A DNA stretch of 61,723 nucleotides, filler included. It is 6 parts of 6 records of this genome, joined end to end, with 100 filler letters (N's around TTAATTAATTAA, not from the genome) between each part and the next. Parts side by side here need not be neighbours in the genome. Positions count along the whole stretch, not along the records: positions 37,588 to 45,192 come from SRR31156797_16451; positions 45,293 to 56,207 come from SRR31156797_16452; 4 more parts are not named here. One strand, 5' to 3'. Every line of letters begins with the position of its first letter. The stretch's first letter is position 1. The notes below the pieces were generated by a model. It ran no database searches. It saw nothing but the letters and a program-made list of their open reading frames with translations, and was not told the DNA's origin. Position numbers and translations under genes: made by a program. This document shows, one piece after another, positions 42,038 to 52,219 of the stretch.

Positions 42038-42206
42038 AAGCTTGTATGTTTGGCGCTAAGTTAAAAAAAAACGGCCATGCTGTAATGAACGACCATTACT
42101 TGTCCCAATTCCCGTTAGCGAAAGAACTTATTCGGGAGAAAGTTAGCGGCAATAAATAATATCTTGATATTGCTTTTCTTAATTACACTAATTTGTTAAA
42201 AATGAA

Positions 42207-43802
42207 TTAAAAAATATACCCGATACTTACAGACAACTTTTTATAAGAATCGCCAATGTAGGTAATATCAAGAGCTTTTGTGTAGCTGTATTTCAGAGCA
42301 CCATATAGTCTGTAATTTCCGGGAAAAGCTTTTGTATATCGGAATTCAATATCTCCGCTGACCCGGCTTGTTGTTAAGTATTCATATTCACGGAATAAAT
42401 AGTGGTCGAGAGTGGCATAACTTTCAGAAGCCAAAGAATAGCTGCCGTCTTCTTTCTCCGTTCCGCTACCTGAACCATAAGAGCCGCCCAATGCAATACT
42501 GTACATGTTGTTTTTGCGTATGATATTCTTTTTAAGCGATGCCCTTGCTTGCATCTGTTTCACGTCTTGTTTCCGGTAATACGGATAGAATATCGCTACT
42601 TGGTCTCGTCGCCATAACGAAACTCCAGCATCAATTATCCATTCAGGATTATTGTCTATCACATTTATATTACCCGTATATGCGAATGATACTTTTGATA
42701 ATACTCGATCTAATACCTCATTTTTACCGTAATAGATGATGGTTGTGTTTCCCCCTTCGGTGGTTGATTCTTTATACGAATTCTCATAATTAACCAGATC
42801 CTTCCGATTAAAATTAATGGACAACTGGTGTAAGGTTTGAAGCCTTTTTAAAGTTAATACTCCTTTATAGTGAAAGATATTCGCTTCGTGTGTGGTATAC
42901 TGAATATCTACCGATGATTTTTGCCCGAAATACCCGTTTCTCCATTTCATTCCCACTTCATTAAAAAAGTGAATGTTTTTTTCCGGGAATAAATCAATTT
43001 GGATGGTTGCCCCATGAACATAATCGACAAATGGATTATTGTCATCATCTCCTGTGATGCCATCCAAACCAAATTTCTCTTGTTTGCCGAAAAAAGAACC
43101 ATAGCTAATTAGAGAATTAAATTGTTGGTCAGTATTGCCCTCTGCCTGAAAGAGGGTATTCTCTACACGTTTTCTGAAATAGAAACTTGATCCTATTTCA
43201 GCAATTTCGCCTAAAGAATAAGATAGACCTACAGTAGTTTCTAAATTCATTAGATCATTTGTATGCCTTAGGTCTTTTGTTTTATAGTAGCCAGCAGTTA
43301 TATAATTTGCCTTAAATCCCATCCGTAAATTTTTATAAAGAGGCAGGCTAAAAGCTCCGGTAAGGTTATAAGTTTCCATGTTTTTCTTTCCGGCAGTACT
43401 ATCGGCAAATTCAACAATATCGAACGAAGAAAAATAGGGATCGAGCAAAGCTGATCCGCCCATGTTTTCGCCTGAGAAATTGGAATATCTCATTTTTCCG
43501 TAAAAAACAACTTTTTTTAAGCGATAAAACGATTCGGTTACTCCACCAAAAGAATAGCTGTTATTCGACTGGTAGAAATTTATAAAATCTCCATTTCCTT
43601 TATTGTAGAATGCCTCGATAAATGAAATTTTTTCTGTGCTTAATTTATCCAGTCCGGCAGCATTTTCGCATGTTAACCAGGAGTTTGAGTTTTTTACATA
43701 CTCGAAGTCAGTCCAGTTAATCTGTTCCTGGGCCAATAATCCGGCAGAATAAAACATTCCTCCAATAAATAATAACCACGTTATATAAATCTTTTTTATC
43801 AT
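42207..43802 (-). CDS. Outer-membrane beta-barrel protein (DUF6850-like)
   Basis: Signal peptide; N..AGL and KTKDLRH.N; ends SVSIGYIF; lies downstream of the DUF4876-like gene. Confidence 0.65.
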   Translation of the reverse strand: MIKKIYITWLLFIGGMFYSAGLLAQEQINWTDFEYVKNSNSWLTCENAAGLDKLSTEKISFIEAFYNKGNGDFINFYQSNNSYSFGGVTESFYRLKKVVFYGKMRYSNFSGENMGGSALLDPYFSSFDIVEFADSTAGKKNMETYNLTGAFSLPLYKNLRMGFKANYITAGYYKTKDLRHTNDLMNLETTVGLSYSLGEIAEIGSSFYFRKRVENTLFQAEGNTDQQFNSLISYGSFFGKQEKFGLDGITGDDDNNPFVDYVHGATIQIDLFPEKNIHFFNEVGMKWRNGYFGQKSSVDIQYTTHEANIFHYKGVLTLKRLQTLHQLSINFNRKDLVNYENSYKESTTEGGNTTIIYYGKNEVLDRVLSKVSFAYTGNINVIDNNPEWIIDAGVSLWRRDQVAIFYPYYRKQDVKQMQARASLKKNIIRKNNMYSIALGGSYGSGSGTEKEDGSYSLASESYATLDHYLFREYEYLTTSRVSGDIEFRYTKAFPGNYRLYGALKYSYTKALDITYIGDSYKKLSVSIGYIF

Positions 43803-43822
43803 ATTGCCTTAGTACTTACATA

Positions 43823-45157
43823 TTAATCGCGCAAAGAAGCCTTTGCTCTTTGGTGGAAATCATTTGTTGCATTATTGGTGTCGCTGTATATTATACGTGC
43901 TCCGTTTGCAATCGAAGCTTCTGCATCTATTCCCGAGGGATCGGTACTTCCATCTATTAGATCGGTTGTGCCACCTGAATAATTGTAAATAAGTTTCCCT
44001 GTATTTTCTATTAATGCCTCTGTTGCTTCCTTGTTTACGTTGCGGTACAATGTATAGCCCAAATTATTACTCAGATATACATAGCCTGCATCAATAGCCG
44101 ATGGTAATCTTTTTTGATTGTCGTATCCCTGGCGGTAGACTTCAATGCCGTCAAGCACCCAATCCATCGGAACTTTAGAATAAATCATGGTTGATGAACC
44201 ATTGTAGTTCCCAAGATTATTAGCATTATTAGCAAATTCAGCAGGAGTTTCACCTTCTGTCTTAAAAATAAAAAATGCCGGAGATGAAACGCTAAAAGTC
44301 CAGGCAGAACCAGCTCCGTATTTTACTGCCGAAAGATAATGCGAAGTTGGAATAAGTGAAGATGGAGCCGGATAATACAGCTCGTGACTATAAATGTTAA
44401 TGTCATAAGCAGCATAATAATTGGGATTGGCAAAATTAATAGACTGACTGTAAGTAACCGTATTATCAATAGCGCAGTTTATTGCAACCACAATTTGTTC
44501 ACCCGGAGCTAAACTAATTCCATCAGGGAAATACCAAATTCCCATCGCTGCTGGAATCCAGCCTTCAGCTACAAACGAAAGCTCTCCATTTTCGTAAAAA
44601 TAATTTGTTTGATTTGAATTATAAGGGAAAGCAGCACCGAAGCTAAAGTTATCCAAAGAAACAGAACTTTCGGAGTTGTTGTATAAAATGGTATACTGCC
44701 CCCGGTTAAAAGAACCGGACCCATCGTCTTTTTGACAACCTCCGTTATATAATTCCTTTATAATAACGGCAGCTGTTTGAGATACAGACAAGTTTATGGT
44801 TGTTACATCCGAATTTTCACCTGATTCAGTTATGCTGAGGCTTGCGTTGCCCGTGAAAATATATGAGGTTGTAGATATGGTACGCATTTCAGAAACTGTA
44901 GCCTCGTAAATACCAAAGGGAACATCAAAAGTAGCAATTCCATCGACAGTGGTACTGTCGGTATAAGTAATATTATTTGTGGTATTAACTAATGTAACTG
45001 TTACGTTTTCAGTCGCTTCAAAATCATCAGGATAGTTTAACTGTACACTAACAGTTTGTGTCTGGTAAAAATGATCATAGTCGTTTTTGCACGACTGAAA
45101 AACCAACGATATTATTCCAATAAAAAATAACAGATGAAAGTTGATTTCCTTACTCAT
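43823..45157 (-). CDS. DUF4876-like lipoprotein
   Basis: Lipobox VFQSC; IIKELYNGG, ILYNNS, WVLDGIE and DTNNATNDF. Confidence 0.75.
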   Translation of the reverse strand: MSKEINFHLLFFIGIISLVFQSCKNDYDHFYQTQTVSVQLNYPDDFEATENVTVTLVNTTNNITYTDSTTVDGIATFDVPFGIYEATVSEMRTISTTSYIFTGNASLSITESGENSDVTTINLSVSQTAAVIIKELYNGGCQKDDGSGSFNRGQYTILYNNSESSVSLDNFSFGAAFPYNSNQTNYFYENGELSFVAEGWIPAAMGIWYFPDGISLAPGEQIVVAINCAIDNTVTYSQSINFANPNYYAAYDINIYSHELYYPAPSSLIPTSHYLSAVKYGAGSAWTFSVSSPAFFIFKTEGETPAEFANNANNLGNYNGSSTMIYSKVPMDWVLDGIEVYRQGYDNQKRLPSAIDAGYVYLSNNLGYTLYRNVNKEATEALIENTGKLIYNYSGGTTDLIDGSTDPSGIDAEASIANGARIIYSDTNNATNDFHQRAKASLRD

Positions 45158-45192
45158 AGCCTAATTCTAATCATTTATAATTTAACTCTTAA

Positions 45193-45292
45193 NNNNNNNN
45201 NNNNNNNNNNNNNNNNNNNNNNNNNNNNNNNNNNNNTTAATTAATTAANNNNNNNNNNNNNNNNNNNNNNNNNNNNNNNNNNNNNNNNNNNN
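45193..45292. other. Artificial contig linker
   Basis: N44-TTAATTAATTAA-N44. Confidence 0.98.
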
Positions 45293-46434
45293 TAATCAAT
45301 TATCAGCATATTTAATGCTCTGGTGATACTTTTGGTTGTTGCAAATACAAGTCCGGCTAATAAGAAATTAAGTGGTATCAATTGTGCTGAGAATTTATCG
45401 GCATATGTTTGAATGTGAGCTTTTCTATGACTGGCTTCCTCAACCATATTGATAATTCTCGATACAGCAGTTTCATCTCCTACTTTAACTGTATCAATAG
45501 TCAAAGTACCGCTTTTTACAACAGTTCCCGCATATACATGATCACCGATTTTTTTGGATACAGGGAAAAATTCTCCTGTAATTGATGATTCATCTATAAC
45601 TCCTTCACCATTTGAGACAGCTCCATCAACACTTATTTTTTCTCCTGTATGAACAACAAGTTGATCACCTTTTTCAACTAATTCTACTTTAACCTTTACA
45701 ACTTTTCCACCTTCAAGTTGTTTCCATACATAATCCTCCCCTGTAGAGAGCATTCCGCTAATTGCATTTCTAGTTCTTCTCATAGTATAAGCGGTTAATA
45801 ATTCGGCAATTTCATGAAGGAAAACTACTGCTAAAGCGGACACATCTCTTCCTGCAAGCAAACTGGTAACAATAGCCATAATACTTAGAGTATCAGCATT
45901 AGGTTTGTGTGATTTTCTAATAGAATCAATACCACTTTCGAAGATAGGCTTAGAAGCAACTAAAGTTATTACAGCTGGAACTGTTAGAAATCTCCTTAGG
46001 ATAGATGTCGGAATTATTCTATTTCTTTTAAAGAATATTGAATAAAGAACAGCAGTTCCTAATAGAGCAACTTCTTTCACCATTGATGAGATAGATTCTT
46101 CTTGTAATCTTCTTTCGTTAACAGTTAATTGATTATTAGATTCTCTTTCAGCTTTGTACGCTATTAAAGAATAGTTTGAAATAATTGTTTCTAAGTATTC
46201 TAAAATATCTTCTTCTGAAAAGAAATCATCTTCTTGATAATGTATTAAAACATTTTTTGTCATAATATTAATTTTAGCAGAAGTAATTGAGAATGATTTT
46301 TTTATTTGTTTTTCCAAGTCTTTTGCATATTTTTCTAAGTAGTAGAGAGCTCTACACCCGACTCTGATCCTTCCGGGAAGTTTATGTATAACAAAACATG
46401 TTAAAAGAGGTTTTTCTCTCTGAATAGATAACAT
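45293..46434 (-). CDS. Heavy-metal P1B-type ATPase with N-terminal HMA2 domain (P1B-6/FezB-like), 3'-truncated
   Basis: HKLPGRIRV; actuator GEKISVDG and DESSITGE; ends RALNMLIID followed by a partial TA codon, consistent with DY(SC). Confidence 0.85.
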
Positions 46435-46806
46435 TTAATTTCCTCCCGTCATTTCTTGCATAAGCTTATTATGAAAAAATTCAATAGTAGGTTTCAATGT
46501 TTTTTCGTTTAGATTTTCAAGTTTATTAACATTATCAAGCATTACATCTTCAATTTTATTGATCCAAGCCATTATTTGCTTATCATCAAGAATATTTGTA
46601 TCATAAAAAATCAAAACTTTTTCAGTTATTTTTGAATATGATAGAGAATTAACTCCAGGGAGCATCTTAATAAAATCCATGATATACTCCTCATTTTCAG
46701 TAATAACATCAGGTAAGTCCTTTAAGCCCGGAACGAGGATTCTAACTCTACCGGGAATAGAATGGACAATTCTGACTTTTTTGATTAGTTTAAATAGAAA
46801 CTTCAA
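46435..46806 (-). CDS. HMA2-domain protein
   Basis: IVHSIPGRVRILVP...TEKVLIFYD. Confidence 0.75.
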   Translation of the reverse strand: MKFLFKLIKKVRIVHSIPGRVRILVPGLKDLPDVITENEEYIMDFIKMLPGVNSLSYSKITEKVLIFYDTNILDDKQIMAWINKIEDVMLDNVNKLENLNEKTLKPTIEFFHNKLMQEMTGGN

Positions 46807-46808
46807 GT

Positions 46809-47363
46809 TTATTCACTCCTTCGATTTTTAAGTAAAAGTTCATGTGCCCACCAAAGAAGAGTGAGTCCATTAGGTAATATAGGGCCTTTTATCATACTAT
46901 AGACACCAGTCCCTAATAGTAGTAAAATTACTACTGAATATAGATCAACAAGTCCGTGAGACTTTTCATTTATTGCTCTATTTAATGATTGTTCATATTC
47001 ATTAAATTCTTTAGAGAGTCTGCTTTCAGGAATCTTATGTATATCTTTTTCTAGATTAAGAAGTTTTAGAACAGCACTAATTAGAATAATTGCTTCAATT
47101 TCTTCTTCGTCATAAACGAAAGTGATACTTCCTGTAGTAGGATTTATTGTAATATTTTCAATTGCAGGAATTTTGCTTAATTCCTGTTTGATTATATCTT
47201 GTGCTTCTATACTAACCATAATTAAAGGAACTTTGATTCTAAGTCTTCCCTTGATATAATGTTTTACTTCTAATATTCCTCTAAAAGATGGCAGTAGGTT
47301 TTTCTTTTTTATATTATTTTTTATTGTTAAGCCGGCTAAAATCATATTGATAATTCCTAACAT
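46809..47363 (-). CDS. HMA2-domain membrane protein
   Basis: VKHYIKGRLRIKVP and INPTTGSITFVYD; C-terminal TM followed by LPNGLTLLWWA. Confidence 0.75.
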   Translation of the reverse strand: MLGIINMILAGLTIKNNIKKKNLLPSFRGILEVKHYIKGRLRIKVPLIMVSIEAQDIIKQELSKIPAIENITINPTTGSITFVYDEEEIEAIILISAVLKLLNLEKDIHKIPESRLSKEFNEYEQSLNRAINEKSHGLVDLYSVVILLLLGTGVYSMIKGPILPNGLTLLWWAHELLLKNRRSE

Positions 47364-47451
47364 GTTTCCTCCTTCAAATTCTGCGCATTTATTATATTTT
47401 ACTATATATTATATTAGTTTACAATATAAATAAAGAATGGGGGATTACATT

Positions 47452-47481
47452 AAAACAGCTGTAAACATAAGTTTACAGCTG
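47452..47481 (-). terminator. Intra-cluster hairpin (partial terminator)
   Basis: Perfect CAGCTGTAAAC-ATAA-GTTTACAGCTG with a short U-run on the minus strand. Confidence 0.55.
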
Positions 47482-47525
47482 AAATAATTAACGAATTAAT
47501 TTTTTCTCAATAACAAGAGTTAAAA

Positions 47526-47816
47526 TTATTTTTCAGCAATAGCTTCTTCAAGAAGTTCTTTTTTTTCCAATAACTCATCAAGGCTCAGTTCTTTAAAATT
47601 ATTCCCACAAGATGATTTAATATTTATTCCATGTTTTCGCAACTTGTCATCAATCTTCTCTTGGTTTTTCTTGTACAGATAATAACCAGCAGCAGTAACA
47701 CTAACTCCGATTAAAGCACCATATAGGAATTGACCAGTTCGCGGACATCTATAACCAGCCGGACAATTAGCAACTCTACCTAAGCCTCTACCCCATTTGT
47801 AAAAACTCATTATCAC
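47526..47816 (-). CDS. Small GXXXG membrane protein (FezA-like)
   Basis: FLYGALIGVSVTAAGYYLYKK TM and C-terminal helix ELLEKKELLEEAIAEK; SD GAGGGG. Confidence 0.65.
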   Translation of the reverse strand: MIMSFYKWGRGLGRVANCPAGYRCPRTGQFLYGALIGVSVTAAGYYLYKKNQEKIDDKLRKHGINIKSSCGNNFKELSLDELLEKKELLEEAIAEK

Positions 47817-47946
47817 ACCCCCTCATCATAAATTTGTTAAAAAAGTGTAAAAATTACTCAAATAAATTATACTCTATCTATTGAGAAATTTCACTTGTTT
47901 TTTCTACTTTAATTTAAACTATGGAGATATTTTGACACTTAAAACA

Positions 47947-48333
47947 TTAGCGGTTTAAATGATTAGTTCTATTATTGACTTCTTTAATTGCAGCTGTTTT
48001 ATTTTTTTCAGTATGTGATTGAGAGGAGCTGTTTAGTGGAGATAGTGAATTTTGATGCTTAATTTTTTGTTGTAAACGAATTCCTATTTTTTCCCAAAAA
48101 CATTTATTTCTACAAGTTTTAATCAATATTTCTTTAGCAATAACTTTGTCTAATGTTAGTTTGGCATTTCCAATTTTTAGGATATATTTGTCTGTAAAGA
48201 CAGCTAATACTTCGAATTCTTTATGAGCGTAAAAACCTTGACCAAGTAGTCTAGAAAAGTGTTTAGAGTTTGGTTTTATACTTTCTACAATATATTTTCC
48301 TTTTGAATTAATATCAGATAAATAGTTTTTCAT
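47947..48333 (-). CDS. FeoA-like (SH3-fold) protein with a C-terminal extension
   Basis: RLLGQGF...FEVL...ILKIGNAKLTLDKVIAKEILI. Confidence 0.6.
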   Translation of the reverse strand: MKNYLSDINSKGKYIVESIKPNSKHFSRLLGQGFYAHKEFEVLAVFTDKYILKIGNAKLTLDKVIAKEILIKTCRNKCFWEKIGIRLQQKIKHQNSLSPLNSSSQSHTEKNKTAAIKEVNNRTNHLNR

Positions 48334-48435
48334 GGAATAATCACACCCTTTATGAGTTTAGGCTATAACTATTATACTTTAAACTACATAAAATTCCCAA
48401 TAATTTTATTTTGAAAGACAAAATAAAAAGTTTTT

Positions 48436-48466
48436 AAAAAAGGAGAAGTATTTAAACTTCTCCTTT
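48436..48466 (-). terminator. Terminator of the feo operon
   Basis: AAAGGAGAAGT/ACTTCTCCTTT stem with a U-run on the minus strand. Confidence 0.7.
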
Positions 48467-48470
48467 AAAA

Positions 48471-48629
48471 TTATTTTTTCTTTATTGAATGACATGTAGA
48501 TTTTTTATCACTTGGACAAGAGCTGCATGAGCATGCTGTTTCATCACCTTTTAAAAATCTAATTAGTTGTCTAAATGCAAACCATCCAATTACTGCAATT
48601 ATTGCAATTATTATAATAGTTTTTACCAT
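48471..48629 (-). CDS. FeoB-associated Cys-rich membrane protein
   Basis: TM helix then ACSCSSCP...CH; start after SD AGGAG. Confidence 0.8.
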   Translation of the reverse strand: MVKTIIIIAIIAVIGWFAFRQLIRFLKGDETACSCSSCPSDKKSTCHSIKKK

Positions 48630-48707
48630 GAGATCACTTCTCCTTTTAAACATTATATTCTGATTCAAGGTCAAAACACAATAAATATTTTTTTAGTTAA
48701 AATTTAC

Positions 48708-50906
48708 TTATAAAAATAATCTTCCAATTTGATAGATAAGTGTTGAAGCTACATACGGTACAAATAAATATACTCCGATTACTATTCCGAATAATTGCCA
48801 TCCAAATTCTTGTTGGATAGCTCCTAATGTAACAACACAAGGAATAGTTAATAAGATAAATACCATATAAGAGAATGCTTTAAGTGGTGCTTCTTTATCG
48901 CCTTCCCATAGTCTTTGAAGTGCGTTGATTACTCCAGAACCGCCCTCTTCTTCTAGTTCTTCTGCACTAGGAGGAGCAAATAGTCCTGTAACATTGAAGC
49001 TAACCATCTCTTTAATTGAATCAATTACAGAATCTTTTAGTAAAACTATTTGGTTAATTGTATCTTGTCCAAATGTTGTTACTTCTTCCTCTTCTTCACT
49101 TTCTTCTGCTTCGATATAAAGAGCCTGTCCCATGAATCCAACTACGATCTCTTTTGCGATTAATCCAGGAGGAATAGCTGCTACAGTTTGCCATCTGTCT
49201 CCAAAACCAGTAGGTTTGAAAATAGGAGCTACAGCTTTACCAACAGTTCCAACGAAAGATGTTTCAGTATCTCCATGATTAGGGAAATACATTAATGCCC
49301 ATAGAAGCATTAACATAGCTAAAATAATAGTACCGGCTTTTTTAACATATTCTCCTGTTTTTCTCATTGAAGATAAGAATATTAGTTTCATACTAGGTAA
49401 TCTATATGGTGGTAATTCAATTAATAATGCTTTTTCCTGAGTTTTGAAATATGGATGGCTCTTGAACGCATATCCTACTCCGATTGCTACGACGATACCA
49501 ATTAGGTATAATCCCGCAATAACTAAACCAGCTTGTTGTCCGAAGAACGCAGCTGTAAATAGTGCATAAACCGGTAATCTAGCTCCACAAGACATAAATG
49601 GTGTCATTAAAGCTGTAAGTCTTCTAGAGTTTTCATCTTCTAGAGTTCTAGTAGCATAGATACCTGGTACTGAACAACCAAATCCAAGAATCATTGGTAA
49701 GAAGGCTTTTCCATTAAGTCCAATTTTTCTCATAACTTTATCCATTAAAAATGCAACTCTTGACATATATCCACTCTCTTCTAAAATAGCTAAGAAGAAA
49801 TATAACATAACGATTAGAGGAACGAATACCAGTACTCCACCAAGTCCGCCGATGATTCCATCAAGAATGAATGATTGTAACCAGGCAGGTGTTCCTTCAA
49901 TCATTAAGGCAACATATTTAGCAATATAGTCAGCGATAAATTGATCTGTATAATCGATTAACGGACCTGAACCATTGAATGTCATAGTGAATATAAGTAA
50001 CATGATTCCGACAAATGATAATGGACCTAAAAATTGATTTAGTAAAATTTTATCGATCTTATCCGTAACATCAAGTCTATTTTTCATAGATGATGTAAAT
50101 GTTTTAGCTAAGATTCCTTTAATGACTCCATATCTTGCTTCAGCGAAAATTGTTTCAATATCTTCATCAAAGTGATGTTCAATTTCAATTCTGGCTTTTC
50201 TAGCTTCAACTTCACAAATATCATATATAGCAGGAACTTTTTCTAAAGTTAACTTATCTTTTTCAATAAATTTAATTGCTAAATAATCACTATGATAAGT
50301 TTTGTTAATAGCGTCAAACTCTTGGCTCTCTTCAATTAGTTTCTTTACTTTGCCAAGTTTATTCTCAATAATGTGATCAAATCCTAAATTATACTCTTTA
50401 TGATGTTGTTCCTTATGTTCTTTTGCTGTTGCGATAGCTTTTCTTAATAAGTCCTGAACACCTTCACCAGTTTTAGCACTTGTTTTAACACCTTCAACTT
50501 CAAACATTTTATAGAAATCATTCTCGTTAAGTTTGTAACCTAATTTAGAAAATTCATCATGGAAGTTTAGTGCTAATACCATTGGTTTACCAAGTTCTTT
50601 AAGTAATAGAGATAAGTATAAGTTTCTCTCTAAGTTTGTTGAATCAACTGCGTTAATGATAACGTCAGGTTTTTCATTTAAAATATAATCTCTTGTAATG
50701 ATCTCTTCCATTGAGTATGGACTTAAGCTGTATACTCCCGGTAGATCAATTAGATTTATCTCTTCACCTTCAAATGTGAAAGTAGCTTCTTTCTTTTCAA
50801 CTGTAACCCCTGGCCAGTTTCCTGTTTGCAGTTTCGATCCTGCGATTGCATTGATAAGAGCTGTCTTACCAACATTTGGGTTACCTGCAAATGCAATTTT
50901 TATCAC
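48708..50906 (-). CDS. feoB: Ferrous iron transport protein B
   Basis: GNPNVGKT, GNWPGVTVE, DLPGVYSL, LEESGYMSR, GFGCSVP, FMSCGARLP and ELPPYRLP. Confidence 0.96.
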   Translation of the reverse strand: MIKIAFAGNPNVGKTALINAIAGSKLQTGNWPGVTVEKKEATFTFEGEEINLIDLPGVYSLSPYSMEEIITRDYILNEKPDVIINAVDSTNLERNLYLSLLLKELGKPMVLALNFHDEFSKLGYKLNENDFYKMFEVEGVKTSAKTGEGVQDLLRKAIATAKEHKEQHHKEYNLGFDHIIENKLGKVKKLIEESQEFDAINKTYHSDYLAIKFIEKDKLTLEKVPAIYDICEVEARKARIEIEHHFDEDIETIFAEARYGVIKGILAKTFTSSMKNRLDVTDKIDKILLNQFLGPLSFVGIMLLIFTMTFNGSGPLIDYTDQFIADYIAKYVALMIEGTPAWLQSFILDGIIGGLGGVLVFVPLIVMLYFFLAILEESGYMSRVAFLMDKVMRKIGLNGKAFLPMILGFGCSVPGIYATRTLEDENSRRLTALMTPFMSCGARLPVYALFTAAFFGQQAGLVIAGLYLIGIVVAIGVGYAFKSHPYFKTQEKALLIELPPYRLPSMKLIFLSSMRKTGEYVKKAGTIILAMLMLLWALMYFPNHGDTETSFVGTVGKAVAPIFKPTGFGDRWQTVAAIPPGLIAKEIVVGFMGQALYIEAEESEEEEEVTTFGQDTINQIVLLKDSVIDSIKEMVSFNVTGLFAPPSAEELEEEGGSGVINALQRLWEGDKEAPLKAFSYMVFILLTIPCVVTLGAIQQEFGWQLFGIVIGVYLFVPYVASTLIYQIGRLFL

Positions 50907-50907
50907 T

Positions 50908-51135
50908 TTAGTTACCCCTTTCGATTTCTATATTTAGTGCGTCTTCTTTTCTGATAGCAATAGCAGTACCTCTAAGTACATACTCTTGTGGATCTCCTAA
51001 TGGTGCATTTCTCTGGAAAGTAATAGTCTCTCCTGAAGTAATTCCCATTGCTGATAATCTTTTCTTTAATTCCCCAATGCTTCCAATTCTCACTATTTTT
51101 GCGCTCTCTCCACGCTGTAATTCGTTTAAAGTCAT
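50908..51135 (-). CDS. feoA: Ferrous iron transport protein A
   Basis: KRLSAMGI...APLGDP...IAIRKEDA. Confidence 0.93.
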   Translation of the reverse strand: MTLNELQRGESAKIVRIGSIGELKKRLSAMGITSGETITFQRNAPLGDPQEYVLRGTAIAIRKEDALNIEIERGN

Positions 51136-51432
51136 GATTCCTCCTAAATTGTTTGACTTTGGTTAGAAAAGTAATATTTACTTTCTATCCGAAGACCTAG
51201 CATTACCCACTCTTTGTTTTGAAATATCAAATATTTTGATATACGAAATATTTCTGAAAATGAATTTGTGAATTCAACACAAAGAAAAATAAATTTTCTG
51301 TACGATAAAATTCACAATGTGTTAACTCAATTTCATAAACACATAAATTTTGACAATCAAAGTATATCAAACTAAAAAGAGTTTGTCAAACAATTTTTTA
51401 TTACTAAAACAATAAGGAAATTGGTTTATACT

Positions 51433-51463
51433 AAAAAACTCCGTCTAAAATCAAGGCGGAGTT
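51433..51463 (-). terminator. Terminator of the Fe(III) ABC operon
   Basis: AACTCCGTCT/AGGCGGAGTT stem with a U-run on the minus strand. Confidence 0.65.
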
Positions 51464-51490
51464 AATAAATATTTATTATAATAACGAAGA

Positions 51491-52219
51491 TTAATTACAA
51501 AATAGATTTTCAACATAAGTATTTATAGGATTAGAATAAATCTCATGTGGCGCCCCATGTTGCACAATTTTACCTTTTTCTAAAATAATAGCCTTATCAG
51601 CGATTTTTAATGCATCTTCTTTATTATGACTTACAAAAATAGTGGTAGTTCCGGCGCTTTTAATAATATTTTTTAGGTCCTCTCTTATATTATTTTGCAA
51701 GTTAGTGTCCAGATTAGAAAAAGGCTCGTCAAGTAATAATAGCTCCGGGTTAGGTGCAAGAGCTCTGGCTAATGCTATTCTTTGCTGCTGTCCTCCACTA
51801 AGTTCATGAGGGTATTTTTTCTTATGTTCACTAAGCTGAACCATATCAAGTAAATTATCAACTATGGAAGTATGTTTATTTTTATTCTTTTTTGGAAGCC
51901 CGAACTTAATATTTTTTTCTACTGTTAAATGAGGGAATAGTGCATAATCTTGAAAGACCATTCCAATATTTCTTTTCTCAGTTAGAATATTTTGCCTAGC
52001 CTCAGTACAAAAGATATTTTTTTCTCCAATTTTAATTGAGCCTGTACTGGGAGTCTCGAAACCACAGAGAATCCTAAGGAAAGTTGACTTACCACTTCCA
52101 CTTTCACCCAGTATTGCTACTATTTCACCTTTTTCTATTTTAAAAGAAAAATTATCAATTGTATTTTCATTATTATTTGGATATTTAAAATTTATATTAT
52201 TGAATTTAATTGCTGCCAT
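51491..52219 (-). CDS. fbpC: Fe(III) ABC transporter ATP-binding protein
   Basis: GESGSGKST, VFQDYALFPHL, LSGGQQQR and LLLDEPFSNLD. Confidence 0.85.
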   Translation of the reverse strand: MAAIKFNNINFKYPNNNENTIDNFSFKIEKGEIVAILGESGSGKSTFLRILCGFETPSTGSIKIGEKNIFCTEARQNILTEKRNIGMVFQDYALFPHLTVEKNIKFGLPKKNKNKHTSIVDNLLDMVQLSEHKKKYPHELSGGQQQRIALARALAPNPELLLLDEPFSNLDTNLQNNIREDLKNIIKSAGTTTIFVSHNKEDALKIADKAIILEKGKIVQHGAPHEIYSNPINTYVENLFCN

